Source of the DNA: a virus
Length of the DNA: 64,000 nt
Virus record (IMG/VR): IMGVR_UViG_3300028498_000052
Span: 1,842 to 65,841 of that record
Direction: 5' to 3' (one strand)
In this document: in pieces, positions 11,749 to 21,240 of the stretch
Position numbering within the stretch: position 1 is the stretch's first letter
Layout: each line of letters opens with the position of its first letter
Notes under the pieces: model-generated
What the model was told of the DNA's origin: nothing
The model's input: only the letters and a program-made list of their open reading frames with translations
Databases searched by the model: none
Made by a program: the position numbers and the translations under genes

Positions 11749-13535
11749 CTGTATATCTCCTCCTTGGTCACAGCATCACTAATGGCAACCTGAACAAAAC
11801 TGTTGAGGCTGGCGTGATAGCCAAAAACATGAGCCAATAAATGGGCAAACTGGCGAATACTGACACCAGCGAAATTCTTTTTGTTAATTTGAATATCAAT
11901 CACAGTACCACGCACAAACCCAGGTTGCGGTAAACGCTGGATACGCCGAGCTTCAATACTGGTCGCGACAGAGACAATTCCTTCCACCAATAGTTTGTTA
12001 GAAGCCGATTGCGTAATATCATATAGTGACAAATACTCTTTCATGAGTTCTGCGTCTTGCGCGGCAAGCGACAAAAAGTTTAAACTAACCAGAGAAATCA
12101 AGCGCCAGCGTTCCTCCCCTGTATATTCAAACCTTGCCGTTCTGGTTGGTTGCTTTAACAACGACAAACTACTAAAACCCGTCATCCCTTCACTAAACAG
12201 ATCACCGCGGCTTTGACCGAATACCACTTGAGCGGGCAGATCTCTATTGGTACACAATAAAGAAGTACTCATACTTACCGCGCCTGATAGTTCTTCACGG
12301 TTTTTTTCGACGAACATAATCTGATATTCAAAACCCTGCTTAAACTCCGCCATATCCTTGTCACGTTTAACGTGGTAATAACGGCCTTCGTCTTGTTGCT
12401 CATAGTGATTGAGCGCATAAAACGGATGATACTCACGCTGTATCAAGCGATTATCATTTTGTTTGGACTCTATAACTTTTTGAACCTCATAGATTTCATG
12501 CTGAAAGAGCGCACGTGTATCAGGTACTAGATCGTAATAGATAGAACGATGCGTGACTTGAATGGGCTTGGCCGCTGCTTTGAATAAGTTTACGACAGGC
12601 GTGCAAAACAACTTGATACTAGAAACGCTTAACTGCTGTAAGTTTTTGAGTAGAATGGTATTTTTTTTATCAAACTTAAAATAGCAACGAACCTCAAAGC
12701 CATTATTATCAATTTTTAGATCAGGACAAACATGACCCAGATTGAGGCGTAGAAAATTGAATTTTTCAGGAAAGTAAAAGTACTCTTTTAACAAGGCGGA
12801 CGCAGCATTGCTAACGCGGTGGCTAGGAAGAATTTGCTGCTCAGGATCAAAACCTATAATCTCAAACGGGCTGCCAACTGTCTTATTAACGTGCCTGCCA
12901 TGGAAATGCGTTTGCCTAATATCGCAGCCTAATAAATCCCACAAACTGGTGCCTTGACTGGCATCTTCGTCAATATACAAATCTAGCGGATGATTCAATA
13001 ATGATTGGTAATCGAAGCTTGGGTTAAGTCCTTTGAACTTAATACTAATACAGCCATTAAGCAGTCCGTACTGATTGTCGTATACTTCTTGACGTGTCTC
13101 AAAGTCAACGCTATCTATTTGTAGCGGTAGCAAGGTCACATCTTGGGTTGACTGAAACTGACAAGGCGTCCCATTTATTTTTTGCGTGGCAAACATACTT
13201 TGTTTGGGAACTAAGACTGCCTCACTCATCGCATTGCCTTGTACCCCTAAATTAAACTGGGCAATCGAGACAGACGGAAAAGGCTTGAGATAATCGGGAT
13301 AGACAACTTCTAATAATGATTCGGTAAAATCAGCATACGAATCGTCTAGTTTTTTATTAATACGCGCACTAATCAGTGAAAAAGCCTGTATCAATCGCTC
13401 AATATGCGGATCATCTACTGTGTCATGTCCCATCAACAACCGATTAGCTATTTTTGGGTATTTTTTAGCAAACGCTTTTGACTGTTTATTAAACAGACTA
13501 AGCTCATGCTCAAAATAAGGAAGTAGACTGTCCAT
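11712..13535 (-). CDS. tssF: T6SS baseplate TssF
   Basis: LLPYFEHEL..F..KYPKIA.RL; DPHIERLIQAF; EYFYFPEKFNF; LFCTPVVNLF; WRLISLVSLNFLSL. Confidence 0.96.
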   Translation of the reverse strand: MDSLLPYFEHELSLFNKQSKAFAKKYPKIANRLLMGHDTVDDPHIERLIQAFSLISARINKKLDDSYADFTESLLEVVYPDYLKPFPSVSIAQFNLGVQGNAMSEAVLVPKQSMFATQKINGTPCQFQSTQDVTLLPLQIDSVDFETRQEVYDNQYGLLNGCISIKFKGLNPSFDYQSLLNHPLDLYIDEDASQGTSLWDLLGCDIRQTHFHGRHVNKTVGSPFEIIGFDPEQQILPSHRVSNAASALLKEYFYFPEKFNFLRLNLGHVCPDLKIDNNGFEVRCYFKFDKKNTILLKNLQQLSVSSIKLFCTPVVNLFKAAAKPIQVTHRSIYYDLVPDTRALFQHEIYEVQKVIESKQNDNRLIQREYHPFYALNHYEQQDEGRYYHVKRDKDMAEFKQGFEYQIMFVEKNREELSGAVSMSTSLLCTNRDLPAQVVFGQSRGDLFSEGMTGFSSLSLLKQPTRTARFEYTGEERWRLISLVSLNFLSLAAQDAELMKEYLSLYDITQSASNKLLVEGIVSVATSIEARRIQRLPQPGFVRGTVIDIQINKKNFAGVSIRQFAHLLAHVFGYHASLNSFVQVAISDAVTKEEIYRCQPRSGLSPLI

Positions 13536-13604
13536 GACGCCTCAATATGTTTATTGCTAACATAGTCATCGCTGCCAACTAAAGAATGTTGGCGGCGCTA
13601 TTGG

Positions 13605-14084
13605 TTATTTGATTAAGTAACGCTGTGAGCTTGGCTCAAAAAACGCATCAAAACTGACCAATTCTTGTGCTGGGTAAACTTTCAACAAAGCTTCAATAGA
13701 AAAGCATAACTGGTTGACATCAACGGCCCCAATATCTAAAGATACTCGAACATTTTTTAATCGCGTGTCTTGCTGCTCAACGGTTTGGGCGATTTGTCGA
13801 CATATATAGTCACAGTCAGCAGGATTGGCGCTACTGAGTCCCACAAAGTCCAATATGCCAAAATTCAATATGGATGAACGCACTTGTTGGTATGCTTGTA
13901 GCTTGTGAGATATCACACAACGCGTATTTAATAGAGACTCTAAATCTTGCGCGACCGACGATTTTAATTCATCAATATTGAGACGGCGAACCACAAGTTC
14001 ATGCCCCAGTTCACGAGGCTGATCATCAAACAGCTGTTCAAATAAGTTTGGGCGAAATCCAATGTCTTTGGTAACATAATGCAT
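13605..14084 (-). CDS. tssE: T6SS baseplate TssE (gp25-like); start placed at the ATG with a GAGG RBS
   Basis: DLESLLNTR, SILNFGILDF, QDTRLKNVRV motifs. Confidence 0.9.
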   Translation of the reverse strand: MHYVTKDIGFRPNLFEQLFDDQPRELGHELVVRRLNIDELKSSVAQDLESLLNTRCVISHKLQAYQQVRSSILNFGILDFVGLSSANPADCDYICRQIAQTVEQQDTRLKNVRVSLDIGAVDVNQLCFSIEALLKVYPAQELVSFDAFFEPSSQRYLIK

Positions 14085-14113
14085 TGATACGATCCCTCTC
14101 ATTTGCAAAAATG

Positions 14114-14147
14114 AAAAAGAAAGGTCTAGCTATAAACCTTTCTTTTT
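14114..14147. terminator. Intrinsic terminator after hcp
   Basis: AAAAAGAAAGGT-10 nt-ACCTTTCTTTTT inverted repeat. Confidence 0.75.
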
Positions 14148-14184
14148 TGGCACGATAGGTAAAGAACCTCTGATACTACCGTGC

Positions 14185-14688
14185 TTAGGCAGTATAAGTG
14201 GCAGTGTTATTGGCTAGTGACCACTTCTTAGTGACTGCGCCTTTGGCAGTACCATCGATATCTTGTTGCGTGTAAGTCCACTCAACCGCGGCATACTTGA
14301 TACCAACTTTTTCAGTTGGGACACCTTCCGAACGTACTGTAGGCTCGACACTAGCAATAAGCGCATGCTTCAGCTTTATCTCAAGATATTTAACACGCTT
14401 ATCGCCATTCGCACGATAAAAATCAATTTGAATTTCATCAAAAGTATAACCAGCAGAACAAGCTTCCCATAATTTAGGGCTCGTAGAATCCAAATCTTTT
14501 ATGAAAGTCATATCAGCGTGCTCGCAACGCTCAGAAGTATGACCACCAACACTACTTGCTGTTGCTGATTTTGGCTGACGGATTAAATGATCCCATGTAT
14601 TTACTTCAAGCCAACCTTTATGCTCGCTATCACGAGATTCCCCATCGATCTTGTATTTACCACGAAACTGAATATAAATATCTTTCAT
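14185..14688 (-). CDS. hcp: Hcp (TssD) tube protein
   Basis: GESRDSEHKGWLEV..W; K.LDSTSPKLWEACSAG; KWSLANN. Confidence 0.97.
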   Translation of the reverse strand: MKDIYIQFRGKYKIDGESRDSEHKGWLEVNTWDHLIRQPKSATASSVGGHTSERCEHADMTFIKDLDSTSPKLWEACSAGYTFDEIQIDFYRANGDKRVKYLEIKLKHALIASVEPTVRSEGVPTEKVGIKYAAVEWTYTQQDIDGTAKGAVTKKWSLANNTATYTA

Positions 14689-14742
14689 ATCACATACCTT
14701 GTTTTAGGAGGTTTAGATTTAACATTGAGTTTAAATAAATGA

Positions 14743-16233
14743 TTAGCTGTTGCTAGCCTGCGGCAGTTGAGTGACCAGACGCAAAGAAACAGACAACTCG
14801 TCAAGTTGAAAGTGTGGTCTTAAGAAAACCACTGACTTGTAGACACCAGGCTTACCTGGCACTTCTACAACTTGTACAGAAGCTTCGCGCAGAGGATACT
14901 GGGCTTTTGCTTCTTGTGAGGCTCCATCGTCTAGCAAGACGTAGCGAGAAATCCAGTCATTCAAGAAAGATTCAACATTGCCAGGTGCCAAAAAGCTACC
15001 AACCTTGTCGCGCATCATTGCTTTTAAGTAATGAGCAATACGTGATACGGCCATAATGTATTGCAGCTGAGTTGATAGCACAGCATTGGCATTGGCATCG
15101 TCGTTTTGATACGTTTTAGCTTTTTGAACGGACTGTGCACCAAAGAACGCTGCATAATTGGTGTTCTTGCAATGGACTAATGGAATGAAGCCCAAATCGC
15201 TTAACTCTTTTTCACGGCGGTCAGTAATAGAGATTTCAGTCGGACATTTAAGCGCCAGATCTCCTTCATCCGTCTTGAAGGTATGCACAGGTAGATTTTC
15301 TACCAAGCCGCCACCTTCGACCCCGCGAATAGCGGCACACCAACGATAATCAGAGAAAGCTGAGGTCAAACGTGATGCGAAGGCATAAGCAGCATTGACC
15401 CATAGATAATCACTATGGTCATTACCAGAAACCTCTTCAGTAAAGTTAAAGCCTTCAACCACGGTTCCATCTTTAGGGTTGTAGGGCAAACGACCTAAAA
15501 AGCTAGGAACAGTGAGCGCAACGTAGCGGGCGTCTTCTGATTGTCTAAACGCACGCCAGCGGATGTACTCCGCAGTCTCAAATATTTTTGATAAATCTCT
15601 AGGGCGACCAATATCTGTAAAAGAGTCCAGCCCAAACATTTCAGCAGAGGCCGCTGATACAAAAGGTGCATGAGAAGCCGCAGCAACATGAGATAATTGC
15701 TCAAGTAGATACATGTCAGCATTTTGACGAGTAAACTCAAAATCACCAATAATGGCTGCGTATGGCTCGCCACCAAAACTACCAAACTCTTCTTCGTATA
15801 TTTTCTTGAATAACGTGCTTTGATCAAAATCTATTGAAGACTGAAAGTCTTTAGTAAGTTCACGTTTGTTGGTATTCATCATGCGTATTTTTAGCATTGA
15901 TTCCGACGGTGTTTGACTACACAAATAATGTAAACCACGCCAACTGGATTCTAATTTTTGAAATTCAGGCGCATGCATCACTGTCGTCAGCTGTTTAGAT
16001 ATCAGTGCGTCAATCTGTGCAATACGAGCATCAATCGATGCTGATAAATTATCAGATAAAGTCACTGTGCCTTGCATAACTTCATTAGCTAGCTCTGCGA
16101 TTTGCGACTTTGCACGATTCTTTTCTTCATCAGACTTGGCAATGTTACTTTTAATAACGATTTCTTCGAGTAAGTCGTAGCTTTCGTTATTTAACGGGTC
16201 GGTTACTATATTCTGCTGGGCCTGAGCATTCAT
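14743..16233 (-). CDS. tssC: T6SS sheath large subunit TssC
   Basis: FQKLESSWRGLHYL; YEEEFGSFGGEPY; AIRGVEGGGLVENLP; RREKELSDLGFIPL. Confidence 0.98.
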   Translation of the reverse strand: MNAQAQQNIVTDPLNNESYDLLEEIVIKSNIAKSDEEKNRAKSQIAELANEVMQGTVTLSDNLSASIDARIAQIDALISKQLTTVMHAPEFQKLESSWRGLHYLCSQTPSESMLKIRMMNTNKRELTKDFQSSIDFDQSTLFKKIYEEEFGSFGGEPYAAIIGDFEFTRQNADMYLLEQLSHVAAASHAPFVSAASAEMFGLDSFTDIGRPRDLSKIFETAEYIRWRAFRQSEDARYVALTVPSFLGRLPYNPKDGTVVEGFNFTEEVSGNDHSDYLWVNAAYAFASRLTSAFSDYRWCAAIRGVEGGGLVENLPVHTFKTDEGDLALKCPTEISITDRREKELSDLGFIPLVHCKNTNYAAFFGAQSVQKAKTYQNDDANANAVLSTQLQYIMAVSRIAHYLKAMMRDKVGSFLAPGNVESFLNDWISRYVLLDDGASQEAKAQYPLREASVQVVEVPGKPGVYKSVVFLRPHFQLDELSVSLRLVTQLPQASNS

Positions 16234-16236
16234 GGT

Positions 16237-16749
16237 TTAATCCTCACCCTCAGTTGGGTTTTGTTCTGCCATTTTTTTGACCTGCTCTGTATTTTTGAGC
16301 ACATCATCCAATAAATCTTCCAGCTTTTCATTAGCCGATATTTTATTACGTAAGTCCGCTAGACGATCGCGTGCCTCTACCAATTGTTTTAACGGTTCAA
16401 TTTGTTTGGCAACGGCTTCTGGGCGAAAGTCATCAATACTATTGAAAGCTAAATCAACCGAGAACTCGCCTCCTTTATCGCTCAAATCATTACTAACACG
16501 GAAAGCGGCTCGAGGAGCTAATCCTGACATCACTTCATCAAAGGTATCCAAATCCACTTCGACAAATTTTTTGTCTTTAAAACGGGGTTGCTCAAGTTTG
16601 GAATCTCCTGAAAACTCTCCTAATACTCCAACTACGAAGGGGATTTCTTTCGTTTCAAGTGAATCGCCAACTTCGACGTCATAAGTGAGGTGCACTCGAG
16701 GAGCACGTACTTTTGCAAGTTTCTTCTGCACACTGTCTTGATTTGCCAT
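16237..16749 (-). CDS. tssB: T6SS sheath small subunit TssB
   Basis: SVQKKLAKVRAPRVHLTYDVE; EIPFVVGVLGEFSG; DDFRPEAVAKQIEPLKQL. Confidence 0.98.
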   Translation of the reverse strand: MANQDSVQKKLAKVRAPRVHLTYDVEVGDSLETKEIPFVVGVLGEFSGDSKLEQPRFKDKKFVEVDLDTFDEVMSGLAPRAAFRVSNDLSDKGGEFSVDLAFNSIDDFRPEAVAKQIEPLKQLVEARDRLADLRNKISANEKLEDLLDDVLKNTEQVKKMAEQNPTEGED

Positions 16750-16776
16750 AATAAGTTGCCTCAGCAGTTTCTAATT

Positions 16777-17523
16777 TCAACGTAATATACTGAATGGATC
16801 AGTGGATTTGGCATTACTATTTTTTGGAGATGATGGGTTAGCCAATTTATTGACTGGTTTTGTTTTTGGTACTTGGCGTGACGGTCGCTTTATAGCTGCT
16901 TTTTGCTTAACAGGTTTTGCTTGTCTTTTTGCCACTGTACGCTTCCGACTTCTTGACTTATTCTTTACTTTAGCTTTTTTAGGTTTGACAAAAGGTGCTG
17001 AAGATTTTGGTAAGGATTCATCATAGTTAAAACCATAGATATCACCATAGATCTTACTCAAAGCATACTGATAGGCGGTTAAAAACACCTCATCAACTTC
17101 ATCCGTCAGGTAGTCTGACTGTAGTTGGTCTTGAGAGACGACAGCACTACTGTTTAACAATATTTTTTTGAGCTTAGCGGTGCTATGACCCAAATCTATT
17201 GCCTCACTAGCGGCATAAAGGGCATAGGCATGATAGTCATTGTTGTAGTAAGTCTGCGCCAGAATTTCCCATGCTAACGAGTCACTAGGGTTACGAGTCA
17301 CTCTCTGATTTAATTCTGTGACAAATTGACGTAATTGGGGTGATTTTGCATCAGAGTTTTTGAGCATCTCAAATTGATTCATGATGCTAGCACTTGGATC
17401 CTTTTCTTGTATTACTAGCTCACTATGCGACGTATTCATGGTCAACCACATTATTAAAACGCCAGCTGTCATGGTTCTTGTCAGTTTAAAATTGACTTTG
17501 GTATTGCTTTTTATACTGATCAT
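16777..17523 (-). CDS. Exported TPR-like T6SS accessory protein (positional equivalent of Acinetobacter AsaA/TslA)
   Basis: N-terminal hydrophobic segment; TPR-like AWEILAQTYYNN...ALYAASEAIDLG; basic low-complexity tail; directly upstream of tssB. Confidence 0.55.
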   Translation of the reverse strand: MISIKSNTKVNFKLTRTMTAGVLIMWLTMNTSHSELVIQEKDPSASIMNQFEMLKNSDAKSPQLRQFVTELNQRVTRNPSDSLAWEILAQTYYNNDYHAYALYAASEAIDLGHSTAKLKKILLNSSAVVSQDQLQSDYLTDEVDEVFLTAYQYALSKIYGDIYGFNYDESLPKSSAPFVKPKKAKVKNKSRSRKRTVAKRQAKPVKQKAAIKRPSRQVPKTKPVNKLANPSSPKNSNAKSTDPFSILR

Positions 17524-17581
17524 CGTAAGTTAGTGCTCGTCATTATTAGTAAAAGGATGTCGCTGTCTACTCAAAATTGAT

Positions 17582-18046
17582 TCAATTAGAAACGTTTACC
17601 AAAGTAGTGATATTGGTCAACGTTTCTTTAAATGTCGATTTATCCCTATCTTCCATCACGGCATTATTGTGATAAGCATCGACATTACTTTCCATCATTT
17701 TGACTGCTGATAACATAGCAATCTGACGTGCTTCAACCACTTGGTTATTTATACCAAGAGCCTCCTCAGCTGCTCTCAATGCACGTGCATAGTGTTTTTC
17801 TTCATAATCTTTTTTGGCAATCGCTACCCACGTTTCAATATTACGTGGGTTGGTGCCATCCATCTCATCGTTATCAAACATATATACCAGTGACGGCTCA
17901 CTCAACTGTTCAACCACGGGCTGACTGAGTTGACGTGGTTTATTTTCCGTCGTTGTGGTACTACAACCAATCGCTAATAAAGCTGTGCTAAACATGAACA
18001 GTAGCAGATTTGCTGCCTTAAAATTATTACGGTAAATAGAATTCAT
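17582..18046 (-). CDS. Putative lipoprotein with a TPR-like helix pair; T6SS accessory
   Basis: Signal peptide ending LLAIGC; WVAIAKKDYEEKHYARALRAAEEAL. Confidence 0.55.
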   Translation of the reverse strand: MNSIYRNNFKAANLLLFMFSTALLAIGCSTTTTENKPRQLSQPVVEQLSEPSLVYMFDNDEMDGTNPRNIETWVAIAKKDYEEKHYARALRAAEEALGINNQVVEARQIAMLSAVKMMESNVDAYHNNAVMEDRDKSTFKETLTNITTLVNVSN

Positions 18047-18142
18047 AAAGACAATATCATCACTAAAAATATAAAGAAAAGGCAGTCAAATTGGATTTAT
18101 ATAGAACTAAAGTTTGCTATAAACAAAAAATCCGTGGTGTTG

Positions 18143-18183
18143 ATTATACATACACTTGACAAAATTTCAATAAACTCTATACT
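18143..18183. promoter_or_regulatory. Overlapping divergent sigma70-like promoters for the T6SS core (minus) and vgrG2 (plus)
   Basis: Plus strand: TTGACA (18156-61), 16 nt, TATACT (18178-83). Minus strand: TTGAAA (18170-65), 16 nt, TATAAT (18148-43). Confidence 0.55.
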
Positions 18184-18261
18184 TTTCTCATTAAATAATC
18201 GGGTTATCTCTAAAATAATTTCATTTTCTTAATACCAAATAGTAACGATGGTACGCTTAAT

Positions 18262-21240
18262 ATGTCTTACAAAACCGCTAGATTACACAGTATTGTCGTT
18301 AATTCTAGCTTATTCGAACAAGATATATTTTATCCCCTTGCATTTTCTGAAACGAGCAGTATCAATCAAAACGATAATATTTTTATACTAGTGTTTATTA
18401 AAATATTTTTAGATTCGAACGATTGTTTATCATTAATTAACATGCCTGTATACCTGAGTATACTGTCATCCAATCGCATTGCCACTTCTCGTACGGGACT
18501 GATAAAAGGTGTCAACTATCAGTATTCAGACGGTGCCATACATTTCTACACTTTAGAAATTGTCAGTCCCGATTGGCAACTGACTCAATCTATGCATACT
18601 CGTAGTTTCATCAATCAGTCTACCCTCGATATAGTGACGACTATCCTTAGTGACTATGATATAAAGTGGCAAGTCTCTGAGGTGCTACTGTCATCAGAAC
18701 GCTTGTCTGAAACGCTATCGATACGCACGCAGTCAGATATTAGTGACTATGACTTTGTCACTGGATTGCTTGCTGATATTGGGGTATCTACCTTGTGGGT
18801 ATCGAGTGATTCAGTTGATGATATTGGAACATGGTTGTTAGTCGGTGGGTTGGATGAAAGCGAGCTGTTACCACTAAGCTACAGCTATGCTCAATCCTCA
18901 GTACAATCCGGTCAAGACAATGTGAATACGCTACAAATGAGTAATCAGCAGCTTGGTAGTCATACGGTGGTGGTCCGAGCAGATGGTTTGGCCAATGATA
19001 CTATCTATGAAGGGCAAGCGATTGATGACTCGCTTTTAGCAATTGATGACATTACAGTATTACTGGCGGCACCGTCTCGAGTGAGTAGTGATGAATCCGC
19101 AAATCAAATGGCTCAGCAATGGATACGGGCAAATCGTTGCCTGCGAGAAACCTATCAAGCCAGTGGCGCGATGCGTGGTCTTTGCATCGGTAGCCCAGTT
19201 GATATCTGTGATATACCATCGATTGGCCGCTTAACGACTCGCTGTATAGATACCATCACAATCGGCATTGAACCCGATAACGACAGTACCTCCTATCATC
19301 ATAAGGCGTTTATCAAAAAGTGGTTAGAGCAGACTGTACAATGCATGCAAAACTATGTCGTGAATACTACTGACATAATTCTTCCCCAAAATGCCTATGA
19401 CATTGCCTGTGATACGGGTATTTGGGTAACAGCAACCCTACTTGACTCCACTATTCCTTACTGTCCTTATCCCAGTCATCTGTCGTTGGTCAGTAGTACC
19501 TATCAAGGTCTTGCTCAAGCACGTACCAGTAACATTAGTGCACCCACCTACGACTCTCGCATCACTGACGACAACCTACACCAAACCATCTCTACTCCTG
19601 TTTGGTCAGGGATTAGCCCTCACGATGATGGCACTACTCCGCCCCTACGCTCATTACAATTGTCATCAGGTGCGACACATGGTTGGCAGTTTGCCCCGCG
19701 TATGGGACAACCAGTGTTGCTTAGTCATTGGTATGGGGATATTGACAGTCCGGTGATTAGCCGGTCACTGTTTGACGGTATCGGTATGGGCGATACGGAT
19801 GAGCATGACATCACTACCCGTGATGCTGGCTTATCTAACAGGCACAACGTACAAGGCGGCACCTCCCCTAGATGGCATGGCAATGGTTTGGGACACTCGC
19901 AAATCAGTGAGGACGATATTCACAGCGGCTGGATATCGGGGATTGCTCAGTATGGACTAAGCGCTGAGTCTGAGGTGACGTTCAGCTTTGATGATACGCC
20001 AAACAAAGTAGGGCTACAGTGGACGGTCAATACTGGGTCAAGTGCAAACAGCGAAAATCCAACCATCACAGAGATGGCGACCTTTGCGCCCGATGAACAC
20101 GTAGTAGAGCTTGGCGTCTTGCGGCATCGTTATAGCAATCATCAATCAAGTGACCGCGGTCAAGGGATTAATGTCGCCACCGATCACGGACTACAGGTCA
20201 GTGGCGATACAGGTGTGTTGCTCTCAACCTTTGGACTCAGACACTCACAATCAGAGCATGAGTCGGCGTGGGTCAATGATGCTGGACAACAGCAACTTAA
20301 AATAGGCGCTGAGTTGGGTGAGACGCTAAAAGAGGCCAAACAAGCACATCTACAATCGATACAGACTCTGAATAATGTGAATCAATCGATAAATGCCTTT
20401 AAAACCACGGCACAAGTGATAGATGAGACACTCAATGCGGAAGTCTTAGGTGCACCCGATGTGATGCTGGTCAGTCGTGACAGTATTCTTGCGTCTGCCA
20501 ATAATACTCTATGGACAGCGAAGACGATTGTCAGACAATCAGGCAGCACACAGTCAGATGTGGTGGCAGGCAATTATACGCTGACGGCAGATACAATTGA
20601 CTTGCTCTCAGGTATTGGCGGTCAAGCAAATCTATCAGGTCTACATATCAGTGCCAATACCAAACCTGTGGCGATACAAGCGCAAGGTGGTGAGTTGCAG
20701 TTGCACTCTCAGCAAAGTATGACAATTGGTAGTGAGTCGGGACCCGTAAATGTGTCGAGTCCGAAGCGCATCAAGCTGCAAACATCAGCAGGGGCTTCGA
20801 TTACGATTGATGATAGCGGGATTAAGCTGGTTTGTCCGGGGACGATTAAGGTGCAGGCGGTGAAGAAAAAGTTGATGGGTGGTGCGAAAGCCAATTACTC
20901 GCTGCCAATGATGCCGGAGACTATTCCGCTCTTTAGTAATAAGCTTGATGTTTATGACTTGTTTTATCATGCTGACTTTAATGAAGTAGATTACGTAGCA
21001 ATGTTAGATGATGGTCAGATAGTAGAAGGAACATTAGATGAACATGGGCGGACTAATAGATTGATCTCTATGAAGTCTGAAGAAGCTGAAGTATTAGTAG
21101 GATATCTGAATAATTGGAGTATAGAAATTGAAGATGATGATGATGATGATGAAAATGAAGAGGTAGAATTCGAATATTCAGAAGAATGCGCTTGCCAAGC
21201 GCCAGAAGAAGATATCGATCTTTTAGAGGATGAAGAATAA
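18262..21240 (+). CDS. vgrG: Second VgrG, with DUF2345, a C-terminal extension domain and an acidic tail
   Basis: RTQSDISDYDFVTGLLA; GWQFAPRMGQPVL; SPKRIKLQTSAGASITID..GI..CPG.I.V; C-terminal Y...LDDGQIVEGTLDEHGRT.R and an Asp/Glu-rich tail. Confidence 0.88.
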   Translation: MSYKTARLHSIVVNSSLFEQDIFYPLAFSETSSINQNDNIFILVFIKIFLDSNDCLSLINMPVYLSILSSNRIATSRTGLIKGVNYQYSDGAIHFYTLEIVSPDWQLTQSMHTRSFINQSTLDIVTTILSDYDIKWQVSEVLLSSERLSETLSIRTQSDISDYDFVTGLLADIGVSTLWVSSDSVDDIGTWLLVGGLDESELLPLSYSYAQSSVQSGQDNVNTLQMSNQQLGSHTVVVRADGLANDTIYEGQAIDDSLLAIDDITVLLAAPSRVSSDESANQMAQQWIRANRCLRETYQASGAMRGLCIGSPVDICDIPSIGRLTTRCIDTITIGIEPDNDSTSYHHKAFIKKWLEQTVQCMQNYVVNTTDIILPQNAYDIACDTGIWVTATLLDSTIPYCPYPSHLSLVSSTYQGLAQARTSNISAPTYDSRITDDNLHQTISTPVWSGISPHDDGTTPPLRSLQLSSGATHGWQFAPRMGQPVLLSHWYGDIDSPVISRSLFDGIGMGDTDEHDITTRDAGLSNRHNVQGGTSPRWHGNGLGHSQISEDDIHSGWISGIAQYGLSAESEVTFSFDDTPNKVGLQWTVNTGSSANSENPTITEMATFAPDEHVVELGVLRHRYSNHQSSDRGQGINVATDHGLQVSGDTGVLLSTFGLRHSQSEHESAWVNDAGQQQLKIGAELGETLKEAKQAHLQSIQTLNNVNQSINAFKTTAQVIDETLNAEVLGAPDVMLVSRDSILASANNTLWTAKTIVRQSGSTQSDVVAGNYTLTADTIDLLSGIGGQANLSGLHISANTKPVAIQAQGGELQLHSQQSMTIGSESGPVNVSSPKRIKLQTSAGASITIDDSGIKLVCPGTIKVQAVKKKLMGGAKANYSLPMMPETIPLFSNKLDVYDLFYHADFNEVDYVAMLDDGQIVEGTLDEHGRTNRLISMKSEEAEVLVGYLNNWSIEIEDDDDDDENEEVEFEYSEECACQAPEEDIDLLEDEE

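Noticed and set aside
16277-16684. 135-aa plus-strand ORF
   Set aside because: Ser/Thr-rich antisense shadow of tssB
21130-21155. GAT trinucleotide run as a phase-variation tract
   Set aside because: In-frame poly-Asp; length changes would not switch expression
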